IMG/VR virus record: IMGVR_UViG_3300022700_000241
Length of the DNA: 64,000 bases
Direction: 5' to 3' (one strand)
DNA from: an uncultured virus (IMG/VR IMGVR_UViG_3300022700_000241)
Taxonomy: Duplodnaviria; Heunggongvirae; Uroviricota; Caudoviricetes
Below, one piece after another: positions 47,717 through 56,178 of the stretch (position 1 is the first letter of the stretch; every line of letters starts with the position of its first letter). The notes below the pieces were generated by a model. The model had not been told where the DNA came from and made no database searches. It worked only from the letters and a program-made list of their open reading frames with translations. The position numbers were made by a program, and so were the translations under genes.

Positions 47717-48802
47717 ATGCGCACGCTCTACGTCGCACTTATCTCGGCCTGCGTGGCAGCGATACTTGGCGGATTCGGCGGGTACCTCTACGGCACGGGC
47801 TCTTTTTCGGAAGGCCCTCGGACCGCCAACCCAGAGGCGCTCAAGCACGCGAGTGATGAAGTCCGCATGGCCGCCCTCACCGGCGACCAAAAGGGCACGT
47901 CTCGGGACTTCCGACCTGCTCGCCAAATTGGGTTCGTGGATGCAGAGTGGGCACAGGCGCGCGCTGGGGGTTCCTCGCGGGCCGACACGACGGGCGCGGC
48001 CCTTGACACGCTTCTCTCCTACGTTGGCACCACCGAGATCGGTGACAACCGAGGCCCCGCCATCGAGCGGTTTCTGGCTCACGTCGGCCTCGGGCCAGGG
48101 TACGCCTACTGCGCCGCGGCAGTCTCCTACTGTCTCGACGCGCCCCCGGACTCGATGTCTCCGATCTTGCCGACGGTCCGCTCGGCTACCGCACAGGACT
48201 TTGCGACCGGCATCTCCGTTGACGCGGACGTGGCAATGAAGGTCGGAATTGTGCCCCAAGGCTGGATCCACGTCTACCAGAAGGGCAACGGCCCCTACGG
48301 GCACAATGGCATGGTTCAACACTGGCGAGGGCAGTGTGGGCGCACCGTGGAGGCCAACACGTCGAGGGGTCAGTACGGCAACCAGCGAGACGGGCAAGGA
48401 ATTTGGGAGCGTCGCCGCTGCTACAACCCCGAGTCGTACTTTCATCTCGATGCGTTTACTCCTGTCATTTACCAGAGGAAGACGTTCTCGGGAGGGACTG
48501 CAAAACGAAGGGCCGATCATATCCAGGGAGAGGCCATTGAACAGGACAAAACCGCCCGGGCCGTCTCATTGGCACAACCTCTCGAATCGTCCGCATCGGC
48601 AGTGGCACAATGGAGATATGGCCCTTTATCCAAAACAACGCGATCCCGGTCATTACGGCCATTGTCACTGCCGTGGGCGCGTACTTCGGCGCTCGGTCGT
48701 ACTTCCTCGCTGAGCGAAAGAAGCAGCGAGAGGAGATTAGCCGGATCAAGCAGCTTCTCGTCGGCTCCAGTGAAGTTAGCGTACAGAACCTCACCGACGT
48801 AA
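47717..48802 (+). CDS. CHAP-type endolysin with N-terminal signal/anchor
   Basis: YVGTTE..NRGPAIERFL..AYCAAAVSY (Cys), GHNGMV (His) and TVEANTS; N-terminal hydrophobic segment. The 3' end overlaps the next gene by 193 nt. Confidence 0.8.
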   Translation: MRTLYVALISACVAAILGGFGGYLYGTGSFSEGPRTANPEALKHASDEVRMAALTGDQKGTSRDFRPARQIGFVDAEWAQARAGGSSRADTTGAALDTLLSYVGTTEIGDNRGPAIERFLAHVGLGPGYAYCAAAVSYCLDAPPDSMSPILPTVRSATAQDFATGISVDADVAMKVGIVPQGWIHVYQKGNGPYGHNGMVQHWRGQCGRTVEANTSRGQYGNQRDGQGIWERRRCYNPESYFHLDAFTPVIYQRKTFSGGTAKRRADHIQGEAIEQDKTARAVSLAQPLESSASAVAQWRYGPLSKTTRSRSLRPLSLPWARTSALGRTSSLSERSSERRLAGSSSFSSAPVKLAYRTSPT

Positions 48803-49104
48803 TCGAGTCGCTCCGGAGTCGCGTCGACCGGCTGGAGGAGGACCGGTCGCGCCTCCAGGGCCTTCTTGATGACGAGCGGGGCCGGGCTCGTCGCCTGGAA
48901 GAGGAAAAGTCGAAGCTCGTCGATGAGGTTGAAGAGGGGCGCGAGCGCCTCGAACAGATGGAGAAGAGAACCCGTCGGCTCTCCCGAGAGCTTGAGGCGG
49001 CCAAAGACGAGCTTGAGCAGTTAGAACACGACGAGGGACGTGCCCTCTACGTCACCGAGGGATACGATTGGGCGAGTCCTCCCTACCAGGAATCGGACCA
49101 GTAG
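48610..49104 (+). CDS. N-terminal TM plus coiled-coil protein (lysis-associated, spanin/holin-like)
   Basis: TM segment IPVITAIVTAVGAYFGA followed by a long coiled coil. Confidence 0.65.
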   Translation: MEIWPFIQNNAIPVITAIVTAVGAYFGARSYFLAERKKQREEISRIKQLLVGSSEVSVQNLTDVIESLRSRVDRLEEDRSRLQGLLDDERGRARRLEEEKSKLVDEVEEGRERLEQMEKRTRRLSRELEAAKDELEQLEHDEGRALYVTEGYDWASPPYQESDQ

Positions 49105-49106
49105 CC

Positions 49107-49856
49107 ATGTCGGTACTCAATCAGTTCTTTCGGGGCATGGGCACGAGCGTGGGCCGTGCAGTCGGCTACCTCGTGGTTGGGGTCCTGCTGATCGGGGGCG
49201 GCTATGCGCTCTATCGCGCCTGGACGCCTGGGCCGGAGACCACCCCAAGTGAGGTCCCCGAGGTGGCGCCGGGACTTCCGCCCATCTTCGACGAGTCGAC
49301 CATTGTGCGCCCAGATTCGTCGGGCGATTGGATTATTGAGGAGGTGCCCGGGGACTTTGACGCCACGCTCACGATTGACCTTCCTGCCGACTCAAACGAT
49401 CTTGCAGGTGGGGGCTACGTGTCTATCGGCTTGCGGGAGGGGGCAGAGCAGTTTTTCCCCGAATTACCCGGACAGCGGAAGCTGCCTCTGGAAGCGGAGG
49501 TGATCGGCCCCTATGAAACCGATAGGGTGCGGATCAAGGCACAACCCCAGCCGATTATTGACTTTGACCTCCAGGCGGAAATTGGCCTGTCCGTGTTTGC
49601 TTCCAGCGCCGAGGTCGGAGGCATCGTCGGAGTGACCGGCGGTCGTCTGTTTGGGGTACGGCTTGGCGGGTTTGCCGCCGCGGCCCCGCGGCCTACCGGC
49701 GAGAGCTTGGGCGTAGTCTTCGGTGCCGGTCCCTACGCGAGCCTTCGCGTGTACGGCCCATTCGGGGTCGGTGTCGGCAAAGACGTTCTTAGCGCTCCGC
49801 TCGCCAACCTGGAAGGACTCACGTTCACGATTACGGCGGACCTTCCGCTCCCATAA
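49107..49856 (+). CDS. N-terminal TM protein with C-terminal amphipathic beta strands (possible spanin-like protein)
   Basis: TM segment VGYLVVGVLLIGGGYAL; Gly-rich alternating strands at the C-terminus. Start at ATG 49107. Confidence 0.6.
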   Translation: MSVLNQFFRGMGTSVGRAVGYLVVGVLLIGGGYALYRAWTPGPETTPSEVPEVAPGLPPIFDESTIVRPDSSGDWIIEEVPGDFDATLTIDLPADSNDLAGGGYVSIGLREGAEQFFPELPGQRKLPLEAEVIGPYETDRVRIKAQPQPIIDFDLQAEIGLSVFASSAEVGGIVGVTGGRLFGVRLGGFAAAAPRPTGESLGVVFGAGPYASLRVYGPFGVGVGKDVLSAPLANLEGLTFTITADLPLP

Positions 49857-49885
49857 CAAGACGCTCAAAAAGACTCCTCGACGCC

Positions 49886-50608
49886 GTGGCCCAGCCGACC
49901 GAGCGCGAAATCGACTCGACTGCCTTTTCTGCTCTCGTTGAAATGACCGGCGGGGTCACCTGGACGGAGATCCCCGCGGACATCCGGGAGAAGTACAAGT
50001 TTCGCCAGCGGACTGATCTTCCTGGGGCGGAGGAGTTCGGAACCCCCGTACAGGTGAAGGTAAGCGCCCGTCCGCCGGATGGAGGCCCGCGGTTCACCTC
50101 GTGGATCTGGAATCCGGACTTTCCGCTCGCCCGGAAACAGCAGGACGCGCTTCTTATTCCGTGGGGCGCGCAGGAGGAGCGCCCGCCCTCCTACGCGCAA
50201 AACGTGCCCGCGGCCCCACCGCTCACGCTCCCCACCGGTGAGATCAACATCCCCGGTGGCGGATCGGTACAGCCGCCCCCGCTCCCAGACGAGCCGACCT
50301 CCGGCACTGGCACCTCAAACGGGTCCGAGGACGACGGCTTCGAGATCGGAGAGGCCATCGCCGTGTTCGCCGAAGGAATCTTCCAGGACCGCCAGCGCCG
50401 CGGGTCTCGGCTCCCGACGCGCCCGCAGGCGCCAATGGCACGAACCGCAGGCATCGGGTCGACGCTCGGCATCGTTGCGCTCGTCGGTGGCGTGGGCCTT
50501 GCGGCCTACCTCGTTACGTCGTCAGTGTCCCAGCCTGCCCCTCCGCCACGTCGCGCGCTCCCCCGCGAAAACAAGTGGGGAGAGGATGAGGAAGAAGATC
50601 AATCTTAA
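49886..50608 (+). CDS. Membrane-anchored protein
   Basis: Pro-rich linker; TAGIG followed by TM segment LGIVALVGGVGLAAYLV. GTG start. Confidence 0.7.
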   Translation: MAQPTEREIDSTAFSALVEMTGGVTWTEIPADIREKYKFRQRTDLPGAEEFGTPVQVKVSARPPDGGPRFTSWIWNPDFPLARKQQDALLIPWGAQEERPPSYAQNVPAAPPLTLPTGEINIPGGGSVQPPPLPDEPTSGTGTSNGSEDDGFEIGEAIAVFAEGIFQDRQRRGSRLPTRPQAPMARTAGIGSTLGIVALVGGVGLAAYLVTSSVSQPAPPPRRALPRENKWGEDEEEDQS

Positions 50609-50629
50609 CCCCGCAGACCCCGCCCTGTC

Positions 50630-51508
50630 ATGAATCGTTACCCGAAAGCTCGCCCCAACCCGAACGTCCTGGCACGCGGACGACCGCCCCAAGACGGCAT
50701 GGCCGGGCCGACGGCCCCAACGTCCGGACGTGCTCGGACGAATCCATCCCCCCAGGCTGGCCTTTCCGGCCAAACCGGGCTCGGTGCTCCAATCAAGCAA
50801 ACGGGGTCGATGACCCTCAAGGTGACCGGCGCGTCGTTCCCGTCGCCGGGGCGCGTTCTGGTGGACATGGAGGCAGACACCTCGCCGACGATCACGACTG
50901 CGTGCTGGTCGTTCTACGCGGCCCTGGTTGGGTATCCCGGTCAGGTGCTTATCGACACGTACTTAGAGCCGATTACCTACGGGACCTGCTACCACCGGTG
51001 GCAGTTTTCCGGAGAGATGCCCCAGGGGGTCCAGGAGGCAGAAGTGTGGATCTGGTGGGCCGATGACATTCGGGGGTGGTTCGAGGCGCCTCCGGCGTTT
51101 GAGCAAGGCGTCGGCACGGAGGACCTTACGAGCCCGCCGCCTGCCTTTCGCTCCGACCGGTTCCCGCTCCTCAATACGCAAGAGGGCCGTGACCGGGGCA
51201 TCTACGAGGAGAAGACCGAACCGACGATTGATGCAGTCGGAGACTTCGGGGCGGAGTTCGGAAGCGCCCTCAAGGACACGCTCATTACCGCTGCCCTCAT
51301 CGCCGGTGGTGGCGCACTTCTCTGGTACGGCGCCCCGGTGATTACTGCCGCTTCCGAGCAGGCCGCCGAATCGATCCGGGAGGACTCCGATGAGGCGGGC
51401 GGTGACGATGAACAAGAAGCTCTCCCCGAGCCCGACGACTCCCGCGAGAACCCCGGCGAAAAGAAACCGCCCTCCGCAGAGAAGATTCTATCGGAGAACA
51501 GAAGCTAA
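50630..51508 (+). CDS. Membrane-anchored protein carrying both RxNP (3 copies) and GLG leader motifs
   Basis: RPNP, RTNP, GLSGQTGLGA, a beta domain, TM segment LITAALIAGGGALLWY, then RENP. Confidence 0.75.
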   Translation: MNRYPKARPNPNVLARGRPPQDGMAGPTAPTSGRARTNPSPQAGLSGQTGLGAPIKQTGSMTLKVTGASFPSPGRVLVDMEADTSPTITTACWSFYAALVGYPGQVLIDTYLEPITYGTCYHRWQFSGEMPQGVQEAEVWIWWADDIRGWFEAPPAFEQGVGTEDLTSPPPAFRSDRFPLLNTQEGRDRGIYEEKTEPTIDAVGDFGAEFGSALKDTLITAALIAGGGALLWYGAPVITAASEQAAESIREDSDEAGGDDEQEALPEPDDSRENPGEKKPPSAEKILSENRS

Positions 51509-51576
51509 CGGGCTCGCTCACGCGCGCTCCGCACGCCTCACAGACGACTGCCTCAAACAGACCCCAACGTACCGAC

Positions 51577-51834
51577 ATGCCACGCATTCGCTCAGAGAAG
51601 CCACAAGGCGCTCTCACGACGGAGAGCGAGGAGGAACCTAACAACCTCGTTCCCGCAAACGCAGGCCTAAATCGCGGCGTCCCCGCCCGCCGAAACGCCG
51701 GAGGTCTTGCACAAGAGGGGTCCGGTGGGATGATCTCGCAGATCCGGTCCCACTACCAGTCCAACAGCCGCATCTACAACCTTGCGGGCGCGGCCATTGG
51801 TGGGTTCGTTCTCGGGATGCTCGTGAAAGGATAA
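51577..51834 (+). CDS. Small membrane protein
   Basis: RRNAGGLAQ; C-terminal TM segment. Confidence 0.7.
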   Translation: MPRIRSEKPQGALTTESEEEPNNLVPANAGLNRGVPARRNAGGLAQEGSGGMISQIRSHYQSNSRIYNLAGAAIGGFVLGMLVKG

Positions 51835-51844
51835 CATCCCTGCC

Positions 51845-52300
51845 ATGAGCAAAGCGCGTGACACGCTCCAGAGGGGCGCATTCTTCATCTTTCTCCTCCT
51901 GCTTCTGCTGGTAGCCAGCGGGGCGCTGCCCTCGGCATACGGCCAGCCGACGAGAGGCATTGAGGGAGTGTGGTTTCCAGTCGACTCGTCGCAGGCCGAC
52001 GCTCTCTTCGTCGTAGACGAGACAATTTATCGACTCCAGCGCGGGGTATCCCCGTGCGTGCTCCGGCCTACAAGCGTTCGGTGGGAGGGGCGAACGGCTC
52101 TGTCGGTTGAGGAGGACACCTCTCGGGGAAATCGGCAGAAGTGGCGCTTCCAGCTAACGACCGACGGAGATACTGCCATCGTTCGTCACAACTTCCGACC
52201 GATTCTCTACCGTCGGAATCGGTCCGTCCGAGACCCGCTTGAGAACTGCATGATTGATCGGGCCGAGCCGGAATCCCCGTTTGCGGATAGCATCCCGTGA
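51845..52300 (+). CDS. Exported protein with signal peptide
   Basis: FFIFLLLLLLVASGALPSAYG|Q signal peptide; beta-rich mature part with two Cys. Confidence 0.65.
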   Translation: MSKARDTLQRGAFFIFLLLLLLVASGALPSAYGQPTRGIEGVWFPVDSSQADALFVVDETIYRLQRGVSPCVLRPTSVRWEGRTALSVEEDTSRGNRQKWRFQLTTDGDTAIVRHNFRPILYRRNRSVRDPLENCMIDRAEPESPFADSIP

Positions 52301-52311
52301 GGTCGGTGTTC

Positions 52312-53190
52312 TTACTCGGGCTGTTTGGTGACCGGGATGGTCGACCGTGAACGGATGTCGTCGAGCCGCTCGTCAGCGGTTTCGTCGTCGGAGTCGACCA
52401 CGGAGATGGCCGTGATCGGAAGCGAAAAGGCAATCCCCGACTTGAACGCCGCGTCGACCGGCCCCGTCTCTCCCCTGGATTCTTCCAGCGGGCCACCGTG
52501 CGTGCGGAAACCCGTATCGCCGATGCTTCGGGTGCCCTGCTTTACGTAGCGTCTGCCGTCCTCACCGACGGGGTACGGAAACTTGAGGCCGCCAACGTAC
52601 TCCGGAGACTCAAGGTTACCCTCACCATCTTCTTCGGCAGGAGAGGAGCGGTTGACGGGGCGCTCCCATCCGGCATCAAGCCACCAGAACCGCGTGCATC
52701 TCGGGGGATGGTCGCCCCCGTGCTCGAAGTGAGTCGTATTTTCGCCCTGCGTCTTGCGGTACAACATGCAGTGCTGGCGGTGGGACGGCATGTTTTGTAG
52801 GCCCAGCTTCCGCTCGATCTTTGCAAGTGCCTTCACCGGAAGCGGGTATGCCCTCGGGTGAACGAGGATAAGTCGAGAGTCCGGCCCCAAAAGCTCGAAC
52901 TGTTGGTTCGGCGACGTGCGACGAGAGGCGCCGTGGCGGCGGACCTCCTCGAAGATGTCAGCGGCAGTTGGGTAGTGTGCCTTTCCAACGTGATCGAAAA
53001 GGTGGTATGTGCCGTTTCGCTCTCGCACTTCCTGGCCCCGTTTGGTCTGGATCTCGAACCGTGGCACAGGGTCGCTAATGAAGTTGGAGATGTCGATCCC
53101 CTTATCGGAGAGGCCGCACTCTACGTAGACGCCACCGGCTTCCCGGGATCCACATCCTCTCCTTATTCCTCCTGTTGCTGTAGCAGGCAT
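52312..53190 (-). CDS. Hypothetical protein (Cys/His motifs)
   Basis: 292-aa ORF, last gene of the convergent minus-strand block; RRGCG.R..GGVY N-terminus. Confidence 0.7.
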   Translation of the reverse strand: MPATATGGIRRGCGSREAGGVYVECGLSDKGIDISNFISDPVPRFEIQTKRGQEVRERNGTYHLFDHVGKAHYPTAADIFEEVRRHGASRRTSPNQQFELLGPDSRLILVHPRAYPLPVKALAKIERKLGLQNMPSHRQHCMLYRKTQGENTTHFEHGGDHPPRCTRFWWLDAGWERPVNRSSPAEEDGEGNLESPEYVGGLKFPYPVGEDGRRYVKQGTRSIGDTGFRTHGGPLEESRGETGPVDAAFKSGIAFSLPITAISVVDSDDETADERLDDIRSRSTIPVTKQPE

Positions 53191-53193
53191 GGC

Positions 53194-53451
53194 TCATGGG
53201 TTGTTTTGTGATTGGTCGATTTCGTCGCCGTCCAAGATGGACGGGTATCCCTCTCCGGTCAAATTGATGCTGGCAATCTCTTCTCGAACGCCGAACCCCA
53301 CGCCGAGCCAAAGCAAAGCGATGCCGATCTTTCCGAGCCAAAGCGGCTCGCTATGCTCGACATTGAGCGTCAGCGCGATGGCCATCATGAGCGAGACCAT
53401 CAGTATCGTTCGGTCCAGGGTCAGGCGGTCCTCGTGTGGGCTCCAGGGCAT
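53194..53451 (-). CDS. Small 2-TM membrane protein
   Basis: Two hydrophobic helices; tight packing with neighbours. Confidence 0.65.
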   Translation of the reverse strand: MPWSPHEDRLTLDRTILMVSLMMAIALTLNVEHSEPLWLGKIGIALLWLGVGFGVREEIASINLTGEGYPSILDGDEIDQSQNNP

Positions 53452-53464
53452 CGGTTTTTCTCTG

Positions 53465-53695
53465 CTATTCGATGTGCTCGATCTGCCTCAACTTCGCCCA
53501 ATCGGAAATAGCCTCGGAGCGAGAGTCTCGTTTCGGGCCTCGCGTGCCGCAGCCTCGGCACCGGCACTGATAGCGGGACGGGTTGTTGTTCGGTAGCTCC
53601 ACGACCGTGGCGGCATTGAGCTTTGGGTGAGGGTCTTCGATGAACTGCGTATCACAGGTCGGGCAGGCAAGGTCCTCGTCGTTAGAGGAAGGCAT
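53465..53695 (-). CDS. Lar-like (restriction alleviation) zinc-ribbon protein
   Basis: LACPTC...CRGCGTRGP...EAISDW matches the Lar-family pattern. Confidence 0.6.
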   Translation of the reverse strand: MPSSNDEDLACPTCDTQFIEDPHPKLNAATVVELPNNNPSRYQCRCRGCGTRGPKRDSRSEAISDWAKLRQIEHIE

Positions 53696-53700
53696 AGCGG

Positions 53701-54210
53701 TCAAATCGAGTAGGCGGTAGCGTTGATGTCGATGATGCTTTCGGGGCGGTCCTCAAGAGGCATTCCTACGCGAGGCGCGAGCAACTCGAAGTCGTAGTAC
53801 GTGCCGTCCTTGCGGTGGACCTCCAGGTGGTCGATACCGTCCTTCCCGAGCAGTTCGTCGATTCCGTCGACGACCTCCGGGCATTCGCTCTGCGCGAGAG
53901 GAAGGATCCAGACGAAGGCCTCTCCAAGCTCGTGCGAGTCCTGGAGGCGTTTTTCCACCTTCCAGACCGGCTCATCGCCCTCTGGGATAGGGATGCCGAG
54001 ATCACGGCGCATGAGGACCGGCGCTACGACACTCGGGGGAATGCGGGCCTTGAACCACGCTTCCATATTCGTGTCGAAGTGGTCGAATAGGTCCTCTCCG
54101 TCGTAGCCGCGGAGGTCGATCTGGGAGCGAACCGTCTCGCAAAATGCGAAAAGCTGCCCCTTGGTATGCTCGGAAGTAGTGTCCGGATTAGAAGACTTGT
54201 GCGTAGCCAT
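53701..54210 (-). CDS. Hypothetical protein
   Basis: 169-aa acidic ORF in the operon. Confidence 0.65.
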   Translation of the reverse strand: MATHKSSNPDTTSEHTKGQLFAFCETVRSQIDLRGYDGEDLFDHFDTNMEAWFKARIPPSVVAPVLMRRDLGIPIPEGDEPVWKVEKRLQDSHELGEAFVWILPLAQSECPEVVDGIDELLGKDGIDHLEVHRKDGTYYDFELLAPRVGMPLEDRPESIIDINATAYSI

Positions 54211-54255
54211 AAGAAAAAAATGGGGTTTAGAAAAAAAGTGGGTGGGGGTCTGGCG

Positions 54256-55194
54256 TTAGTCGCGATGCGCCTGGAGCGCGTCGTGGACCTTCCGGAGGAT
54301 GGCCTGCTCGGAGAAGCCCTCCTCACGGGCCGCCTCGACCGCAAGGCGGACCGCCGGAAGCGGGCTGGTCGTCTCTCCGACCTCATCCATGTTTGTGTCG
54401 AGGTCGAAGTCGGTGTGCTCTACGGTCGGTCCTTCGGGGACGGAGCCGTCGCCGCCCGGCCCCTCTTCAAGCTCCTCGGCTCCGGGGGCCTCTTCAAATA
54501 GCTCTGTGTCGAGGCTCTCTGCCTCGGCGCGCCGATACTCTTGCCGTATCCGCGTGATGTCTTTGTGCCGCAGCTCCCCGGCCTCTCGGTAGTGTTCGGC
54601 ACACCGGCGCTGCATGGCCGCCTCCATGTTGCCAACCTTTCGGGCGGCCCCGACGGATATGTCTCCACTGCGGACGCCCTCGATGATGTCGTCGGGGGCA
54701 AGGGCAAGGCGGAGCGCCTTCTTTTGCCGCTGGGCAGGGATCCCGTACGCAACGAGATCCTCTTCGCTGTGCCCATTCTCACGGAGAGTGTAGATTTCAA
54801 GCGCCTCCCGTAAGGGGTTCGGGTCTCGGGCGATATTCTCGGCCAAGGCAATGATTGGCGCGTAGCTCTTGGCCTCCTTCGGCAAAATCATCGCCGGGAC
54901 GCGCTCGATGCCGCTTTCCTTGGCCCGTTTCACACGCCGTTCTCCGGCTACAACCTCGTAGGCGACTCCCTCTTCCTCCATCGTTTCTGGGCCGAGAGAT
55001 CGTAGCGTTACGCTCGTAAAGAACGGCAGCTTCTCTAAGGACTTTCGGAGGCGAGAGTCTGGGCCGCTGGCCTCCGGGACGCGAATCATATCGACCGGGA
55101 CCCGCTCTAAGGCTATTTCCTCCTCATCGGTGTCGATGTCGAGGGTAAGCTGCGGGCGCTCGTTATCGGTTCCCTTGGACTTGGGCTGGCTCAT
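54256..55194 (-). CDS. parB: ParB/RepB/Spo0J-family protein
   Basis: YEVVAGERRVKRAK (GxRR motif), ALAENIAR..NPLREA, an HTH region and GDISVGAAR. Confidence 0.85.
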   Translation of the reverse strand: MSQPKSKGTDNERPQLTLDIDTDEEEIALERVPVDMIRVPEASGPDSRLRKSLEKLPFFTSVTLRSLGPETMEEEGVAYEVVAGERRVKRAKESGIERVPAMILPKEAKSYAPIIALAENIARDPNPLREALEIYTLRENGHSEEDLVAYGIPAQRQKKALRLALAPDDIIEGVRSGDISVGAARKVGNMEAAMQRRCAEHYREAGELRHKDITRIRQEYRRAEAESLDTELFEEAPGAEELEEGPGGDGSVPEGPTVEHTDFDLDTNMDEVGETTSPLPAVRLAVEAAREEGFSEQAILRKVHDALQAHRD

Positions 55195-55272
55195 GGCGCA
55201 GGTCGTTTTTCCCAGAAAGTGCGCCTATTATAAGAGCTACAATACCAGACGTTTCAACTGGAATTGAGAGGC

Positions 55273-56067
55273 TTACGCGGAGGCTCGCTCCTGCTGCGCC
55301 TCGTAGGCCAGCTTGAGGAGCTTTTTGGTCCGCTGTTCTGTTTTCTCATCGTCAATTTTGGGGGCCTTCGGCATTCCCCTCGCGAGCCCACGGCGGAAGG
55401 CCTTGTAAAGCTCCTCGACATGCTCAAAGCGCTTCGGGTCGTTCAGCACCTCCAGGGGGCGTTCGGTGAGGGTGAGCGCGCTCCCGATTCCTTCGTACTC
55501 GGGATCTCGGGCGTGAAGGGTTACGAAGCGGGCTACGGCCCGGTGCAGGCGCCGCGTCCGGCGGTAGACCTTGACCTCCGAGAGGAGCCACCGCTCGTGG
55601 TCGTTCATGTTCTCGATGACCTTCCGGCGCCGCTCTCGCTCCCGTTTGCGCCGGAGCTTTGCTTTTCGGCGTTTGCGCTCCCGTTTAATGGCCGCCACGC
55701 GCGAGCGGACGATATTCCACTTTTTGACCTGGAGGGCGGCATTGGGGGCGCGTTTTTCGTTTTCGATGCGACGGTCCTCCTCCGTCTGCCCGCCGTACTT
55801 CTCCAGCTTCTCCTCGAACCCGAGCTTCTCGCAGGCTTCTACCCAGTCGAGGTCGTGGTACTCGCGGAGGAATTTGATGGCGTCCCCGCTTTTCCCGCAG
55901 CCGCGTCCTGGGTTATCAAAGCACTTGTACGCGCCCTTTCCCTCTCCTTCGTCGACAAAGACGACGAACCTGTCCTCTCCCCCACACCAGGGGCATGGTC
56001 CACTGACCCGTTTTTGGTTGCTGGTGGACGGGAATGACGGTACGTAGTCGAGCAGATGGTCCGACAC
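55273..56067 (-). CDS. Primase-type zinc-binding domain protein without recognisable catalytic domain
   Basis: GPCPWCGGEDRF..YKCF..GCGKSGDAIKFL..WVEACEKL, followed by a basic helical region. Confidence 0.75.
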   Translation of the reverse strand: MSDHLLDYVPSFPSTSNQKRVSGPCPWCGGEDRFVVFVDEGEGKGAYKCFDNPGRGCGKSGDAIKFLREYHDLDWVEACEKLGFEEKLEKYGGQTEEDRRIENEKRAPNAALQVKKWNIVRSRVAAIKRERKRRKAKLRRKRERERRRKVIENMNDHERWLLSEVKVYRRTRRLHRAVARFVTLHARDPEYEGIGSALTLTERPLEVLNDPKRFEHVEELYKAFRRGLARGMPKAPKIDDEKTEQRTKKLLKLAYEAQQERASA

Positions 56068-56178
56068 GAGTGCGCGAGGACATTCGACATGAGGTGGGCT
56101 CTGTGAGAGCGAACTAAGATCCCCCTCCCCCGGGGGTTGGTTGGTTTCGTCCGCTCTCTGGCGGGTCCGGCTGTCAGC

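Noticed and set aside
5348..51454. RxNP sites as DNA-level repeats, recombination sites or a CRISPR-like array
   Set aside because: Synonymous codons vary, spacing is irregular and all copies are in frame, so the signal is at the protein level. No CRISPR array or cas gene was seen.
54210..54250. A-rich tract AAGAAAAAAATGGGGTTTAGAAAAAAAG as a terminator
   Set aside because: No convincing stem. On the minus strand it is the T/C-rich leader directly before an ATG.
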